This document shows positions 43,634 through 52,037 of a DNA stretch of 64,000 nt, in pieces. A program made the translations under genes and the position numbers. The DNA is from an uncultured Chitinophaga sp. (GTDB taxonomy: Bacteria; Bacteroidota; Bacteroidia; Bacteroidales; GCA-2748055), in assembly GCA_964349045.1 (NCBI GenBank), contig CAYGFI010000008.1:1393-65392 (forward strand), read 5' to 3'. How positions within the stretch are numbered: the stretch's first letter is position 1; each line of letters opens with the position of its first letter. The notes beneath the pieces were generated by a model. The model searched no databases and was not told the origin of the DNA. It was given only the letters and a program-made list of their open reading frames with translations.

Positions 43634-43715
43634 GTTAATTTAAAAGTGAATTGAAGTTAATTTAAAAATGAATTGCAATATGTGGCTAAAAAAATAGTTA
43701 ATTTAAAAGTGAATT
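43634..43715. promoter_or_regulatory. three copies of a 19-bp motif, GTTAATTTAAAAGTGAATT
   Basis: Copies at 43634-43652, 43656-43674 (one mismatch) and 43697-43715, directly upstream of the start of DGR target 3. Confidence 0.5.
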
Positions 43716-43798
43716 GCTTTTATCTGATCTTCAATAGGTTTAATGGTTTCGGTGGAATAACACCCCAAATATATTAATTTCATTTTATTAATTGGCTT

Positions 43799-44866
43799 TC
43801 ATAAAAATATTCCGTGTTTTTTAAGTAAATCTAAAAATGCTATTTCTGCAGTCTGTTCAACAACTCCATTTCCTTCCATCCGAAGAAGATCCTCTCTAAA
43901 GTTGTACCCATTAATTGTGCAACCCATATTGGAGATAAGACGGGCCGCTTCCCAATCATATTGTTCTTGCCCTGGTCTGGCAGGCCATCTTTTTCTTCTA
44001 CCATTGCACATAAATATTTCCGGTCCAACATGTGTTTCTGTGATTTGGAACCTTTTGGGCCCATTCCCTTGTATTCCGAGCTCCGGGGTGTAGGCCACCC
44101 CCCCCCCCCTTGATCCTCCAGAAATTCTACTTGGCCCTGTAACCCCATGTCCTTGCCCCGTTTCAATCTGGTTTTGTAACTCTCCTGACCTCCGACCCTT
44201 GGTGTTGACCAGTTCATTTGAATTGCCTGCGGTAAATTTACTGAGTGCATTGAGCCTTCCTTTTGTTGGGAAGATTTCATTGAATCCGGATGTTTGTCTG
44301 AAACTTTCGGGGAAGGCCAATTTATCAATCGCAAGGATGAATAATCTTTTTCTCTGGTGTGGTGCGCCAGCTTCTTCCGCTGAGTATATTCCTGCTTCAA
44401 CTGAGTAGCCCAAATCTGATAGGTCTTTGTAAACCTGGTCAAATCCCATTGTAATGTGTCCGATAACGTTTTCGAAGAAGCACCAAACAGGTCGAATTGT
44501 TCCAACTGGCTTATGTATATACGGCCAAAGGTGTCTGGGATCTTCTGCTCCTTTTCGTTTTCCAGCCTGGCTAAATGGCTGGCAGGGATAACCGCCAATG
44601 ATTCCGTGTATTTTTCTGTGAAATGGTTCTGGGATGAAGGTTTTAAGATTCGCCCAAATAGGTGCGGAATCCAATAAACCTTTTTCCATAAGCGAGACAA
44701 GGTTTTCAATGATAAAGGCTTCGATTTCCACATAAGCTGCAACCCGGATTTTTCCAATAGCTCGTTCGATTCCTCTTTCGATTCCACACATTCCGCTGCA
44801 TAAGCTGAGTACAACGGGTGATTTGAAGGCACTATCCACATTATTATTGTTTTTTATAAGGTCCAT
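43799..44866 (-). CDS. DNA (cytosine-5)-methyltransferase (frame A)
   Basis: Motif I LSLCSGMCG, IV GGYPCQPFSQAG, VI FFENV, VIII QRKRLFILA, and C-terminal GNGVVEQTAEIAF (motif X-like). The central ~115 aa is Gly-rich and atypical. Confidence 0.8.
   Translation of the reverse strand: MDLIKNNNNVDSAFKSPVVLSLCSGMCGIERGIERAIGKIRVAAYVEIEAFIIENLVSLMEKGLLDSAPIWANLKTFIPEPFHRKIHGIIGGYPCQPFSQAGKRKGAEDPRHLWPYIHKPVGTIRPVWCFFENVIGHITMGFDQVYKDLSDLGYSVEAGIYSAEEAGAPHQRKRLFILAIDKLAFPESFRQTSGFNEIFPTKGRLNALSKFTAGNSNELVNTKGRRSGELQNQIETGQGHGVTGPSRISGGSRGGGVAYTPELGIQGNGPKRFQITETHVGPEIFMCNGRRKRWPARPGQEQYDWEAARLISNMGCTINGYNFREDLLRMEGNGVVEQTAEIAFLDLLKKHGIFL
43840..44841 (-). CDS. second open frame (+1 relative to frame A) carrying methyltransferase-like motifs
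   Basis: 333 codons with no stop, on the same strand. Contains NWPSPKVSD, NWSTPRVGG, GWPTPRSSEYKG and LSPIWVAQLMG, which resemble the WPTPxxxD repeats and LNPxFVEWLMG motif of phage-type C5 methyltransferases. Confidence 0.4.
   Translation of the reverse strand: MWIVPSNHPLYSAYAAECVESKEESNELLEKSGLQLMWKSKPLSLKTLSRLWKKVYWIPHLFGRILKPSSQNHFTEKYTESLAVIPASHLARLENEKEQKIPDTFGRIYISQLEQFDLFGASSKTLSDTLQWDLTRFTKTYQIWATQLKQEYTQRKKLAHHTREKDYSSLRLINWPSPKVSDKHPDSMKSSQQKEGSMHSVNLPQAIQMNWSTPRVGGQESYKTRLKRGKDMGLQGQVEFLEDQGGGGWPTPRSSEYKGMGPKGSKSQKHMLDRKYLCAMVEEKDGLPDQGKNNMIGKRPVLSPIWVAQLMGTTLERIFFGWKEMELLNRLQK
44098..44109. repeat. homopolymer C12 (G12 on the coding strand)
   Basis: Twelve consecutive C, read as GGGG in both open frames of the methyltransferase locus. 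Confidence 0.95.
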
Positions 44867-45177
44867 TTTTCAAAAGCAGGTTCAAAATTTATTTTTTCTT
44901 TTTCTCCATCTACCAACGCCTGCAGGTTTGGGTATTCCTTTGTATAAATTGCAAGAGGTGTAACGCTGGGATCAATTCCGTTTATTGAAAAAATAATTTT
45001 TTCATTTGGCGATTTTATTTCTGCAAGCCCCTCTCCGTTTATCTGGTAACAATAAAGTTTATCCCCTTTTTTTTCTTTTGTGAATTCATGGCAACCATTT
45101 CCAGCTGCCGTGTATTGAAACCCGCATAATCCTAAGAACCTACGGATATCAGCCGCAATTTTAATTTGTTGTTTCAT
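44854..45177 (-). CDS. hypothetical protein
   Basis: 107-aa ORF in the packed array. Confidence 0.6.
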   Translation of the reverse strand: MKQQIKIAADIRRFLGLCGFQYTAAGNGCHEFTKEKKGDKLYCYQINGEGLAEIKSPNEKIIFSINGIDPSVTPLAIYTKEYPNLQALVDGEKEKINFEPAFEKWTL

Positions 45178-45362
45178 TTCTCCTGAATATTTTTAAACAT
45201 TTTTTTTATTCCCTGTAAAATCTGAATAGTTTCTTCTTTTGAAAAATCTACTGCTTTCCCCTTTCCGTTCTTACCACGTATTTTATGTTTGTGGTTCCTG
45301 ATCTGGGGACAATAATCCCGGAAGAACGGATCGGCCTTTATGTATTTAAACGGTTCGCGCAT
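45174..45362 (-). CDS. hypothetical protein
   Basis: 62-aa basic ORF with a 4-nt overlap with its neighbour. Confidence 0.5.
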   Translation of the reverse strand: MREPFKYIKADPFFRDYCPQIRNHKHKIRGKNGKGKAVDFSKEETIQILQGIKKMFKNIQEK

Positions 45363-45364
45363 AA

Positions 45365-45652
45365 TTACAGACTTGAAAATCCAACTGCATGAACTGTTTT
45401 CTTTGCTTTTTTACATTCCTCGATTGCTTTTTTACATTCCTCGATGTAAATGACAATTTCCATCATGCGAATGATGCGCTTCTTTTCTTGTAGCTCAGTG
45501 CTTTGCCAATGGTTGCTCCATTTCTTTGAAGCAGGATGCAGCGGCTTTAACAGCATTATATACAAATCGCTGTACAAACACTTTGTGTGGTTTATTTTTT
45601 TACTGGTGGCTATGCGTTTTTTCATTTTATTGTGGGTTATGTTTTTAGTCAT
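45365..45652 (-). CDS. hypothetical protein
   Basis: 95-aa ORF containing a perfect 21-bp tandem duplication (IEECKKA x2). Confidence 0.5.
   Translation of the reverse strand: MTKNITHNKMKKRIATSKKINHTKCLYSDLYIMLLKPLHPASKKWSNHWQSTELQEKKRIIRMMEIVIYIEECKKAIEECKKAKKTVHAVGFSSL
45404..45445. repeat. perfect 21-bp tandem duplication
   Basis: tgcttttttacattcctcgat x2, in frame. Confidence 0.9.
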
Positions 45653-45933
45653 TTTTTTTGATCTGATCCAAACCCGCCATTATTGGCTTCCCAGTCCAAT
45701 ATAAATTCGCAGGGGTCAAAAATCATTGATTGGCTGCTTTCATTTCCTTCCAAAGAATAAATATCGTTCATAAGTGAATTCAACTTATCCCCTTCTTCTT
45801 TTGTAAAAAGATTCCCAGTAAGATCGTTTGCATTATCTTCCGGATGGAAAGATTCGCCATTCTTACAAAGTTCAAGTAAGAATGCTTTTGCTTCTTCAAT
45901 AGAAGAAATTTTTTCAGGCAGGTTAGTTTTCAT
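45649..45933 (-). CDS. hypothetical protein
   Basis: 94-aa acidic ORF in the packed array. Confidence 0.55.
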   Translation of the reverse strand: MKTNLPEKISSIEEAKAFLLELCKNGESFHPEDNANDLTGNLFTKEEGDKLNSLMNDIYSLEGNESSQSMIFDPCEFILDWEANNGGFGSDQKK

Positions 45934-46328
45934 ATAAAAATTTTAGTAGCGTTTTCGATAAAATACTTTTTTATTTTATGGCCTCCTGCGAATTTATGAG
46001 GGAACCATTTTTTAGTGGTTAAACATGCGTTTTCCTCAATAACTACTGATTTCGGTAACCAGCAAGACCAGTTAAAAACTTCTACTCCAAAAAGTGCAGC
46101 CATTATAGGTTGCCAGTAATAATCAACCTTAAGGGCCTTTTCCCGGACTTCTACAATTCTACCGATAAACATTGATTCGCCTTTTGTAAAGATGATCTGG
46201 TTTCCTTCTTTTAACTCGCATCCCACACTAGGAACGCCTGTAGCCATTTGCGCCTTATGGCGGGCCTTAGTTTCTTTCTGAATTTCTTCGAAAGATTTCA
46301 GATTTTCTATTGGTGTTTCTGTTTTCAT
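45930..46328 (-). CDS. hypothetical protein
   Basis: 132-aa ORF in the packed array. Confidence 0.6.
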   Translation of the reverse strand: MKTETPIENLKSFEEIQKETKARHKAQMATGVPSVGCELKEGNQIIFTKGESMFIGRIVEVREKALKVDYYWQPIMAALFGVEVFNWSCWLPKSVVIEENACLTTKKWFPHKFAGGHKIKKYFIENATKIFI

Positions 46329-46450
46329 GCCTCAAAGATAGTGTAACTTTTTAGTTACACCAAATGTTTATTTAAAATTTAACATTTATTATTAAGTTCA
46401 AGGTTCCTGAACTTCTTGAACTCCGCATTGTGGGATGAAAAATTTTGTTA

Positions 46451-48124
46451 TCAGAAATAGCCAATAAGCATCCCTAATTCTGGGTTTAAGCGAATTAATC
46501 CGGAATTACGCTCAAGGATTCCTAAAGAACTAAGGGCGCTGATCGAATTATTATAACTCCCGCTGGTAGGTGAATACTTGCTTTCGGTAAGTTCTGAAAG
46601 CTCCGCTTTTGTATGCTCTGCATTTGGGTTATCAAGTAGTACGCGGTAAATTTCTTTTTCACATTTACCCAGTTTTTGCATGTAATTTTCTATGTTATAT
46701 TTTTGATCGGTCCATTCTGGCAGTACATAGTTTTCTGCGTTTTCTCCAAGACTTATTCCCCCTGCTTCTCTTACAATAGCGGCCTTGCTGTTAAGTTCCG
46801 AAATGGAATTATTAAAACTTCCTGAATTCGGAGAATACCCAATTGAAATTCCGATCTGTGTTTTTGAAAAACTCATCTTTTTATTTTCAAAAGACCAAAG
46901 GAATTGAAGTATTGCATTTGCGCATTTACTTAACTGCGATTGTTGAATTGGCAGTTTTACAGTAATTGTTTTAGGACTCATGTTTGTTACACTACTTCTA
47001 TCAATCCGCTTTTCAAGAGTTGATAGAGTCTTTTTGTCCATTTGTGCAAGTGGTTTTTTTGTAGGAAAAATGCCCTCAAATTTTTCGCAGATTTTTCCTA
47101 TTTCATTCGCGGATTTTTTAATCCACTCAATAAATTTATCTTTTTCATTTATCTGCCGTACAAGTTCCTCTGTGGTTTTTATAAATTCCTTGTTTTTTTC
47201 AACAGCCATTCGCCAGGCGGGTTCATAATCCTTGCCTTTTACAGCACCGCTGGTAGAAGTATCAATTGGTTTCTTTTCATCTGTTGGTAAGTTAATGAGC
47301 TGGGAAAGCATGGCCCGCAATTTCTCAGTAGGTTTTTTGGGCTTGATCTCCATATTAATCCCGGCTTTCGGGATTTTTGTTTTTGGAAGGTTTACTTTTA
47401 ACTCATGTACAGCATGCGGAATAATTGCGGTGCCAAAAGCATAAAAATGGCCCGGCTGCAGGTTTCTTATTATGTTTTTATCTGTAGATCCGGAAAGCCC
47501 TAATTCTTTGGCGGCACGGTCTAAGTCAATATCCAAAAAAGTACGGCCTATAAATTTATTATTACACTCCGCGGCGGCATCCTTATGCAGCTTTGAAATA
47601 CGCTGGGTAATGAGAATGCCACAATACCCTCGTTTCCGGCCCCTGCTCATTAAATCTTTTACAGCCGCTGCGCTGGCCTGCTTATCCTGCTCCCCACATA
47701 ATTTATGCGCTTCCTCAATGAAAACAAAATAATTTACCCAGTATTTAGAGGGGAGGTCCATCATTGTCTCTAAAAAATACTTTGCATACAAGATCCTGTC
47801 TGACATTTGTAAATCCGACAAATCAATTATTACAGATACCCGGTTCCCAATAATTTCTTTTGGAAGGAGCTTTGCCGTTTTTAAACTAATGGGTGCATCC
47901 GCATGCTGGCCGCCAATTATAAGAAGGTCCCCGAATTTTTCTTTTAGGGTGTAATACTCCCCTTCAACATCCAGAATTATAAAAGGGACCTTATCAAAAG
48001 ATTCTTCTATAATATCGCGGGCAATTACCGATTTACCGCCGCCGCTATTTGCCTGAATAAGCAATCTACTTTGTAGAAGCTCCTGCAGGTCTATTTCTGT
48101 TCCAATATCAATTTTGTAGTTCAT
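46451..48124 (-). CDS. HerA/FtsK-like (DUF87-type) ATPase with two C-terminal winged-helix-like repeats
   Basis: Walker A NSGGGKS, Walker B FVFIEEAHK, and RGRKRGYCGILITQR. The C-terminus has duplicated YSPxSGSxNNSISxL. Confidence 0.7.
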   Translation of the reverse strand: MNYKIDIGTEIDLQELLQSRLLIQANSGGGKSVIARDIIEESFDKVPFIILDVEGEYYTLKEKFGDLLIIGGQHADAPISLKTAKLLPKEIIGNRVSVIIDLSDLQMSDRILYAKYFLETMMDLPSKYWVNYFVFIEEAHKLCGEQDKQASAAAVKDLMSRGRKRGYCGILITQRISKLHKDAAAECNNKFIGRTFLDIDLDRAAKELGLSGSTDKNIIRNLQPGHFYAFGTAIIPHAVHELKVNLPKTKIPKAGINMEIKPKKPTEKLRAMLSQLINLPTDEKKPIDTSTSGAVKGKDYEPAWRMAVEKNKEFIKTTEELVRQINEKDKFIEWIKKSANEIGKICEKFEGIFPTKKPLAQMDKKTLSTLEKRIDRSSVTNMSPKTITVKLPIQQSQLSKCANAILQFLWSFENKKMSFSKTQIGISIGYSPNSGSFNNSISELNSKAAIVREAGGISLGENAENYVLPEWTDQKYNIENYMQKLGKCEKEIYRVLLDNPNAEHTKAELSELTESKYSPTSGSYNNSISALSSLGILERNSGLIRLNPELGMLIGYF

Positions 48125-48445
48125 TTAAGGTTTAATTTCGGGTATTGGTTGCCAGGTTACTAAAACGTGCTTTCTTCCATCCGAAGAACAGTCTACTTGC
48201 GCTTTAGGCCAGCAACGGGTTTCCATATAAACATGATCATAGAAGTTTTGCAGGCGTTCATTAAACTCATTTATGGGTTCATTAGCCCCTTGCTGCATTA
48301 TTACGATTTTTGGGCCTGGTAAAGAAGTGTTTTGTGGAAATCTCATTTCTAAGATTTCATCCAGCTTCTTTTCTCCAATGGTTGTAATTACTCCGGCTCC
48401 GAGCGCATCGAAGATAATGTCCTTTAAAATTTCTTTTAGTTTCAT
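48125..48445 (-). CDS. hypothetical protein
   Basis: 106-aa ORF in the packed array. Confidence 0.6.
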   Translation of the reverse strand: MKLKEILKDIIFDALGAGVITTIGEKKLDEILEMRFPQNTSLPGPKIVIMQQGANEPINEFNERLQNFYDHVYMETRCWPKAQVDCSSDGRKHVLVTWQPIPEIKP

Positions 48446-48690
48446 GGTTTTTGTTTTAGTTTTTTGCCTATTGGCATTAATAAATATTCTCCAATAGGAA
48501 AATTCTGGCTGATTCTATATTTGATGGATTTTTTAATTAATTCTCTCGCTGTCTTTTCGGAATACAATTCTATTGCAAGGGGCAACCGGTGTGTTTCGTC
48601 ATCAGCGTGATAAAATTGACGTTCACAGAATGTCATTGGTCGTTGATCTATATCGACAACAATGTATTTAGCGTAATTTTTTAAATTCAT
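48442..48690 (-). CDS. hypothetical protein
   Basis: 82-aa ORF in the packed array. Confidence 0.5.
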   Translation of the reverse strand: MNLKNYAKYIVVDIDQRPMTFCERQFYHADDETHRLPLAIELYSEKTARELIKKSIKYRISQNFPIGEYLLMPIGKKLKQKP

Positions 48691-48695
48691 AATGC

Positions 48696-49304
48696 TTATT
48701 GTTTATTTAGTGAATATTCCCTTCCTGTTAATCTGCAAAATTCCTTCCAGCTGGTTTCCCCAGCGTTTCGCATCTGTAAAAATTTTCTTCTGCTTATATC
48801 TTCTACATAAGCCTCTCTCCGCTGATCTTCTGATAAACCACTGAGATAACAATTTAACCCGTTAAGAACGCGGGTAGTCCTGTTGTTATAAGGTGTGTGC
48901 GGCAATTTAATCCAATCTTTAATCAGCGTTTTCTTATTTGAATGGGAAATTGTTTGCTTTTCGATTTCTGCCTTAATATGATCAAGCGTTAAATTTATTC
49001 CGAAACAAACAGACAAACTATCAAACTGTGTATCTCCATAGTTACAATCTGCCAGCCCTACAGCTGGAATGGCGCAAATAAATAGAATTTTATCTACCAA
49101 CGATTTATCTACAGAAATTTTTACCGGTTTAAACCACTGGGTAACATCGTAGATTTTATCGCCTTTATGATCCTGAAACCTTCCCCGCTCCTGAGAATAA
49201 AATGCAGTTCCGGTAAAAGGACCTGCTATAAATCTATAATACCCTTCTTTATCGGGGTTTGTTGCCGGGTATGGCATTTCCTTATAATAAACTTCTTTGC
49301 TCAT
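48696..49304 (-). CDS. hypothetical protein, possible C-terminal helix-hairpin-helix
   Basis: TRVLNGL...LQMRNAGETSWKEFCRLTG is reminiscent of the RpoA C-terminal-domain HhH pattern. Weak. Confidence 0.6.
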   Translation of the reverse strand: MSKEVYYKEMPYPATNPDKEGYYRFIAGPFTGTAFYSQERGRFQDHKGDKIYDVTQWFKPVKISVDKSLVDKILFICAIPAVGLADCNYGDTQFDSLSVCFGINLTLDHIKAEIEKQTISHSNKKTLIKDWIKLPHTPYNNRTTRVLNGLNCYLSGLSEDQRREAYVEDISRRKFLQMRNAGETSWKEFCRLTGREYSLNKQ

Positions 49305-49573
49305 TTTTGAATTGTTATTTTATTGCCGTTAAAAATTACTTTTACCCGGGATGCTGAAAAAAAGTCTGCAGGCACGTTAAAGCAATTACAAAGTCCCATT
49401 CGCGTTATTTGCAGCGGGCGGGTTTTACCGGTTTCGTATTTAGATAAAATCTGCTTAGAAAGCCCGGTTATCTTTGCAAGATCCTCTAACGTAAACCCCA
49501 TGTAAAGCCGTAAAAACTTTAAGCGCTCTGCGCGAAAAATTGTAGTATCTGGGCTATGTACTTTAATTTCCAT
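49301..49573 (-). CDS. XRE-family HTH regulator
   Basis: LRLYMGFTLEDLAKITGLSKQILSKYETGKTRP. Confidence 0.65.
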   Translation of the reverse strand: MEIKVHSPDTTIFRAERLKFLRLYMGFTLEDLAKITGLSKQILSKYETGKTRPLQITRMGLCNCFNVPADFFSASRVKVIFNGNKITIQK

Positions 49574-49812
49574 TATGAGGGCCTTTGAGATTTTAATTTT
49601 TTAAGAGTTTCAATGAATTCATCAATAGAATCGTAGTTTAAATTTATCCATCTTTTTTCCTGTTGAATTTCTATAACATCAAGCACTGGTGCAATAGCTA
49701 ATAATGGTTCAGGCTGAGTTATTCCTTCACCTTTTATTTCCTGCCATATAATCGTAGTATTAGGACGGGCTTTTTGATTCATCTGAATTTCCTTTATGGT
49801 TTCTGGTATCAA
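49573..49812 (-). CDS. hypothetical protein
   Basis: 79-aa ORF in the packed array. Confidence 0.5.
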   Translation of the reverse strand: MIPETIKEIQMNQKARPNTTIIWQEIKGEGITQPEPLLAIAPVLDVIEIQQEKRWINLNYDSIDEFIETLKKLKSQRPS

Positions 49813-50626
49813 TAATTTGCTTTTTTAGAACTAATGGTATTTCCTTTACTGTTTTCATTGTAAATTTTGTACCGCAAGTTTCATTTATAACATCAAGCAA
49901 TTCTTTTTTCTCCTGCTTTAAATAAGAGAAGAAGGAAAGAAGCGCCTTTAGCTTTTTTTCGCTGCTCATAAATTTCTGCCAATCCGATAACTTAACCGCT
50001 GTTTGCACTTCTGAAAGCCATTTTTCAGCGTTTAAAACCTTGTTGAACGCCAGAAAGTCGTAAATGGTGTTTCCAGCATCTAAAACCATATCGCCTGCTT
50101 TATATTCTTCGTAAGCGGCGTATGCAGCATTTACGCTGATCATTAATGCAACTTCACCTTCCGGGGCCTTTTGGTTTTTGTCGGATTCAGCCTGCATATA
50201 TTTTGCATGATCATTCCAGTACTTTGTAATTACCCGGCTTCGCATTGGCCGGTACTCAATCATTGGCCTGGTAATAAATTGAATGGTAAATTTCCCATAA
50301 TGGTTCCGGTCCCGTTTATCAATTTCCGTAAAGATGCCTGCTATCATTAATTTTACACAATGGCTTATTTCTTCCGGACTAAAATCGGAAAAATGCTCCC
50401 TTAAGAATTCAACGATCTCAGTTAAGCCGCTGTCCTTATCAACAACAGCTTCTTCATCAATGCCGATCAAATCCTGAATGGCGAGCAATTCTGCCTCTAT
50501 ATCCCCGTTTTGCAGGTCAATGAGTTTAGGATGCGCATTCAGCTCAATTACTTGTTTCTCCGCTTTCGTCCACTCCTTTATTACTCCTGGAACGGGCTTC
50601 AGCAATTTTGTTACTAAATTTGTCAT
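49760..50626 (-). CDS. hypothetical protein
   Basis: 288-aa ORF. The start is possibly further downstream. Confidence 0.6.
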   Translation of the reverse strand: MTNLVTKLLKPVPGVIKEWTKAEKQVIELNAHPKLIDLQNGDIEAELLAIQDLIGIDEEAVVDKDSGLTEIVEFLREHFSDFSPEEISHCVKLMIAGIFTEIDKRDRNHYGKFTIQFITRPMIEYRPMRSRVITKYWNDHAKYMQAESDKNQKAPEGEVALMISVNAAYAAYEEYKAGDMVLDAGNTIYDFLAFNKVLNAEKWLSEVQTAVKLSDWQKFMSSEKKLKALLSFFSYLKQEKKELLDVINETCGTKFTMKTVKEIPLVLKKQIIDTRNHKGNSDESKSPS

Positions 50627-51395
50627 TTCTTTTTTGGGCTTTAGTTTGGTTACTCATTGTAAGCATTGTATCAATTATCGTATTTATGTTAGAATAAATT
50701 TGCTGGGGCAGAATTCCTTTTTGGCACCAGGCGTTTAAATTCTCCCAATTGCTGTAAATTCTCCGGATGGATCTTATTACCTGACCCTTGGTTTTAACCT
50801 GGGTTTGTATCGATTTTGCTATGTGTACTGCAATTAATCGTAAAAACTTAACATCAATGCCTTCGATTTTTGGAGAAACAATAGTTGGCTTTAAGTTTCC
50901 CACAAGGAACGCCGCACTACGTTGTCTGTTCTCATACCAGGTCTTATAATCCATAATAAGGCATTTACGCAGGTTTTCTTCAAACATCAAAGTTCCATCA
51001 GGATTGAATTTCAGTTCTTCCTGATCAAGAGCATGCGAAAAATAATTATCAATATCTGCCGGTACTTTTTCTGCAGGAAGCAGGGAAACAACAACCGGCA
51101 TCAAACTCTTTTTTTCTTCTGCGTTTTTCCGGCGCTTTACCTTCGGCTTAAAGTCTGCAGTCACTATATTATCATCTATGGCAATTGAAACAAACTTGCT
51201 TACCTCCTTTTCATTTAGGATCATTACCAGTGAAGATTCTTTTTTATCAAAAGCCAGCATTAGTTCTTCCATGTTTGTAACGTAAATATCATTCCTTGCA
51301 GATTTTGAATACATATACAACCAGAACTTTGAAATCCCGTCTGGCTGGCCGTACAAATATTTAAGAAACTGCTTGTTCACGATATGCTTTTTCAA
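50544..51395 (-). CDS. hypothetical protein
   Basis: 283-aa ORF in the packed array. Confidence 0.6.
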   Translation of the reverse strand: MKKHIVNKQFLKYLYGQPDGISKFWLYMYSKSARNDIYVTNMEELMLAFDKKESSLVMILNEKEVSKFVSIAIDDNIVTADFKPKVKRRKNAEEKKSLMPVVVSLLPAEKVPADIDNYFSHALDQEELKFNPDGTLMFEENLRKCLIMDYKTWYENRQRSAAFLVGNLKPTIVSPKIEGIDVKFLRLIAVHIAKSIQTQVKTKGQVIRSIRRIYSNWENLNAWCQKGILPQQIYSNINTIIDTMLTMSNQTKAQKRNDKFSNKIAEARSRSNKGVDESGETSN

Positions 51396-51406
51396 AAATT
51401 TGCATG

Positions 51407-51691
51407 CTATTTATTTATTGAAGAATGTAACCGAATATAATTTACAGTTTCCCAGATGGAAGAAAATGGGCTTTGCCTGGCTCTATATAAACAACAAAAT
51501 ACTTCTTCAACCCATTTTTCAAATACTTTTATAAAAATTAATGTTCTTTTAATATTTCTCTCTCTATACAAAACATCGTTTTTGATTCGCAGCAAATGAA
51601 TTTCCTTCATTACTTCGCTCGTTTGTTGCTTCATATAGCGGTACCATGCCTCGCTGCCTTTATTCGGCGGGGTTTTCAAGTAGGTCTGCAT
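51407..51691 (-). CDS. hypothetical protein
   Basis: 94-aa ORF in the packed array. Confidence 0.5.
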   Translation of the reverse strand: MQTYLKTPPNKGSEAWYRYMKQQTSEVMKEIHLLRIKNDVLYRERNIKRTLIFIKVFEKWVEEVFCCLYRARQSPFSSIWETVNYIRLHSSINK

Positions 51692-52034
51692 TTTCTGCTA
51701 AGATTAGATCAGTGTTTATTCGTGGGATCAGTATTCCGGTATTCCAAAGAATAGCAGAAGAAAGCCATTCTATTTGCTGATTCAGGTTATCAATTTCATC
51801 CCAAAGCATGCATATCGCGTTTTCTGAAACTGGGTTCCATCCAATAAGAATAATTCTAAGTGGTTTATAAAACGCTCCGATCTCCTTTTCCATGTGGTTT
51901 TCAACAAAGTTTTCCAGCTTAGGCCCTGAGCGTAAATAATTAACGTAAGTTGTACGCTGTTCAATCAGCTGGCCTTTAAGTGTTAGTAAAAAGTTCCTGT
52001 TATGAAACAGCTCAAATTCTTCTGGTGTAAGCAT
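51660..52034 (-). CDS. hypothetical protein
   Basis: 124-aa ORF in the packed array. Confidence 0.55.
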   Translation of the reverse strand: MLTPEEFELFHNRNFLLTLKGQLIEQRTTYVNYLRSGPKLENFVENHMEKEIGAFYKPLRIILIGWNPVSENAICMLWDEIDNLNQQIEWLSSAILWNTGILIPRINTDLILAENADLLENPAE

Positions 52035-52037
52035 AAT

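Noticed and set aside
4086-51964. Same-strand out-of-frame ORFs nested in larger genes (4086-4289, 8145-8447, 11120-11326, 15124-15366, 18700-18942, 27946-28137, 31365-31556, 51782-51964)
   Set aside because: They are short (60-100 codons) with no motifs, as expected by chance. They serve as the background against which the 333-codon frame B of the methyltransferase locus stands out.
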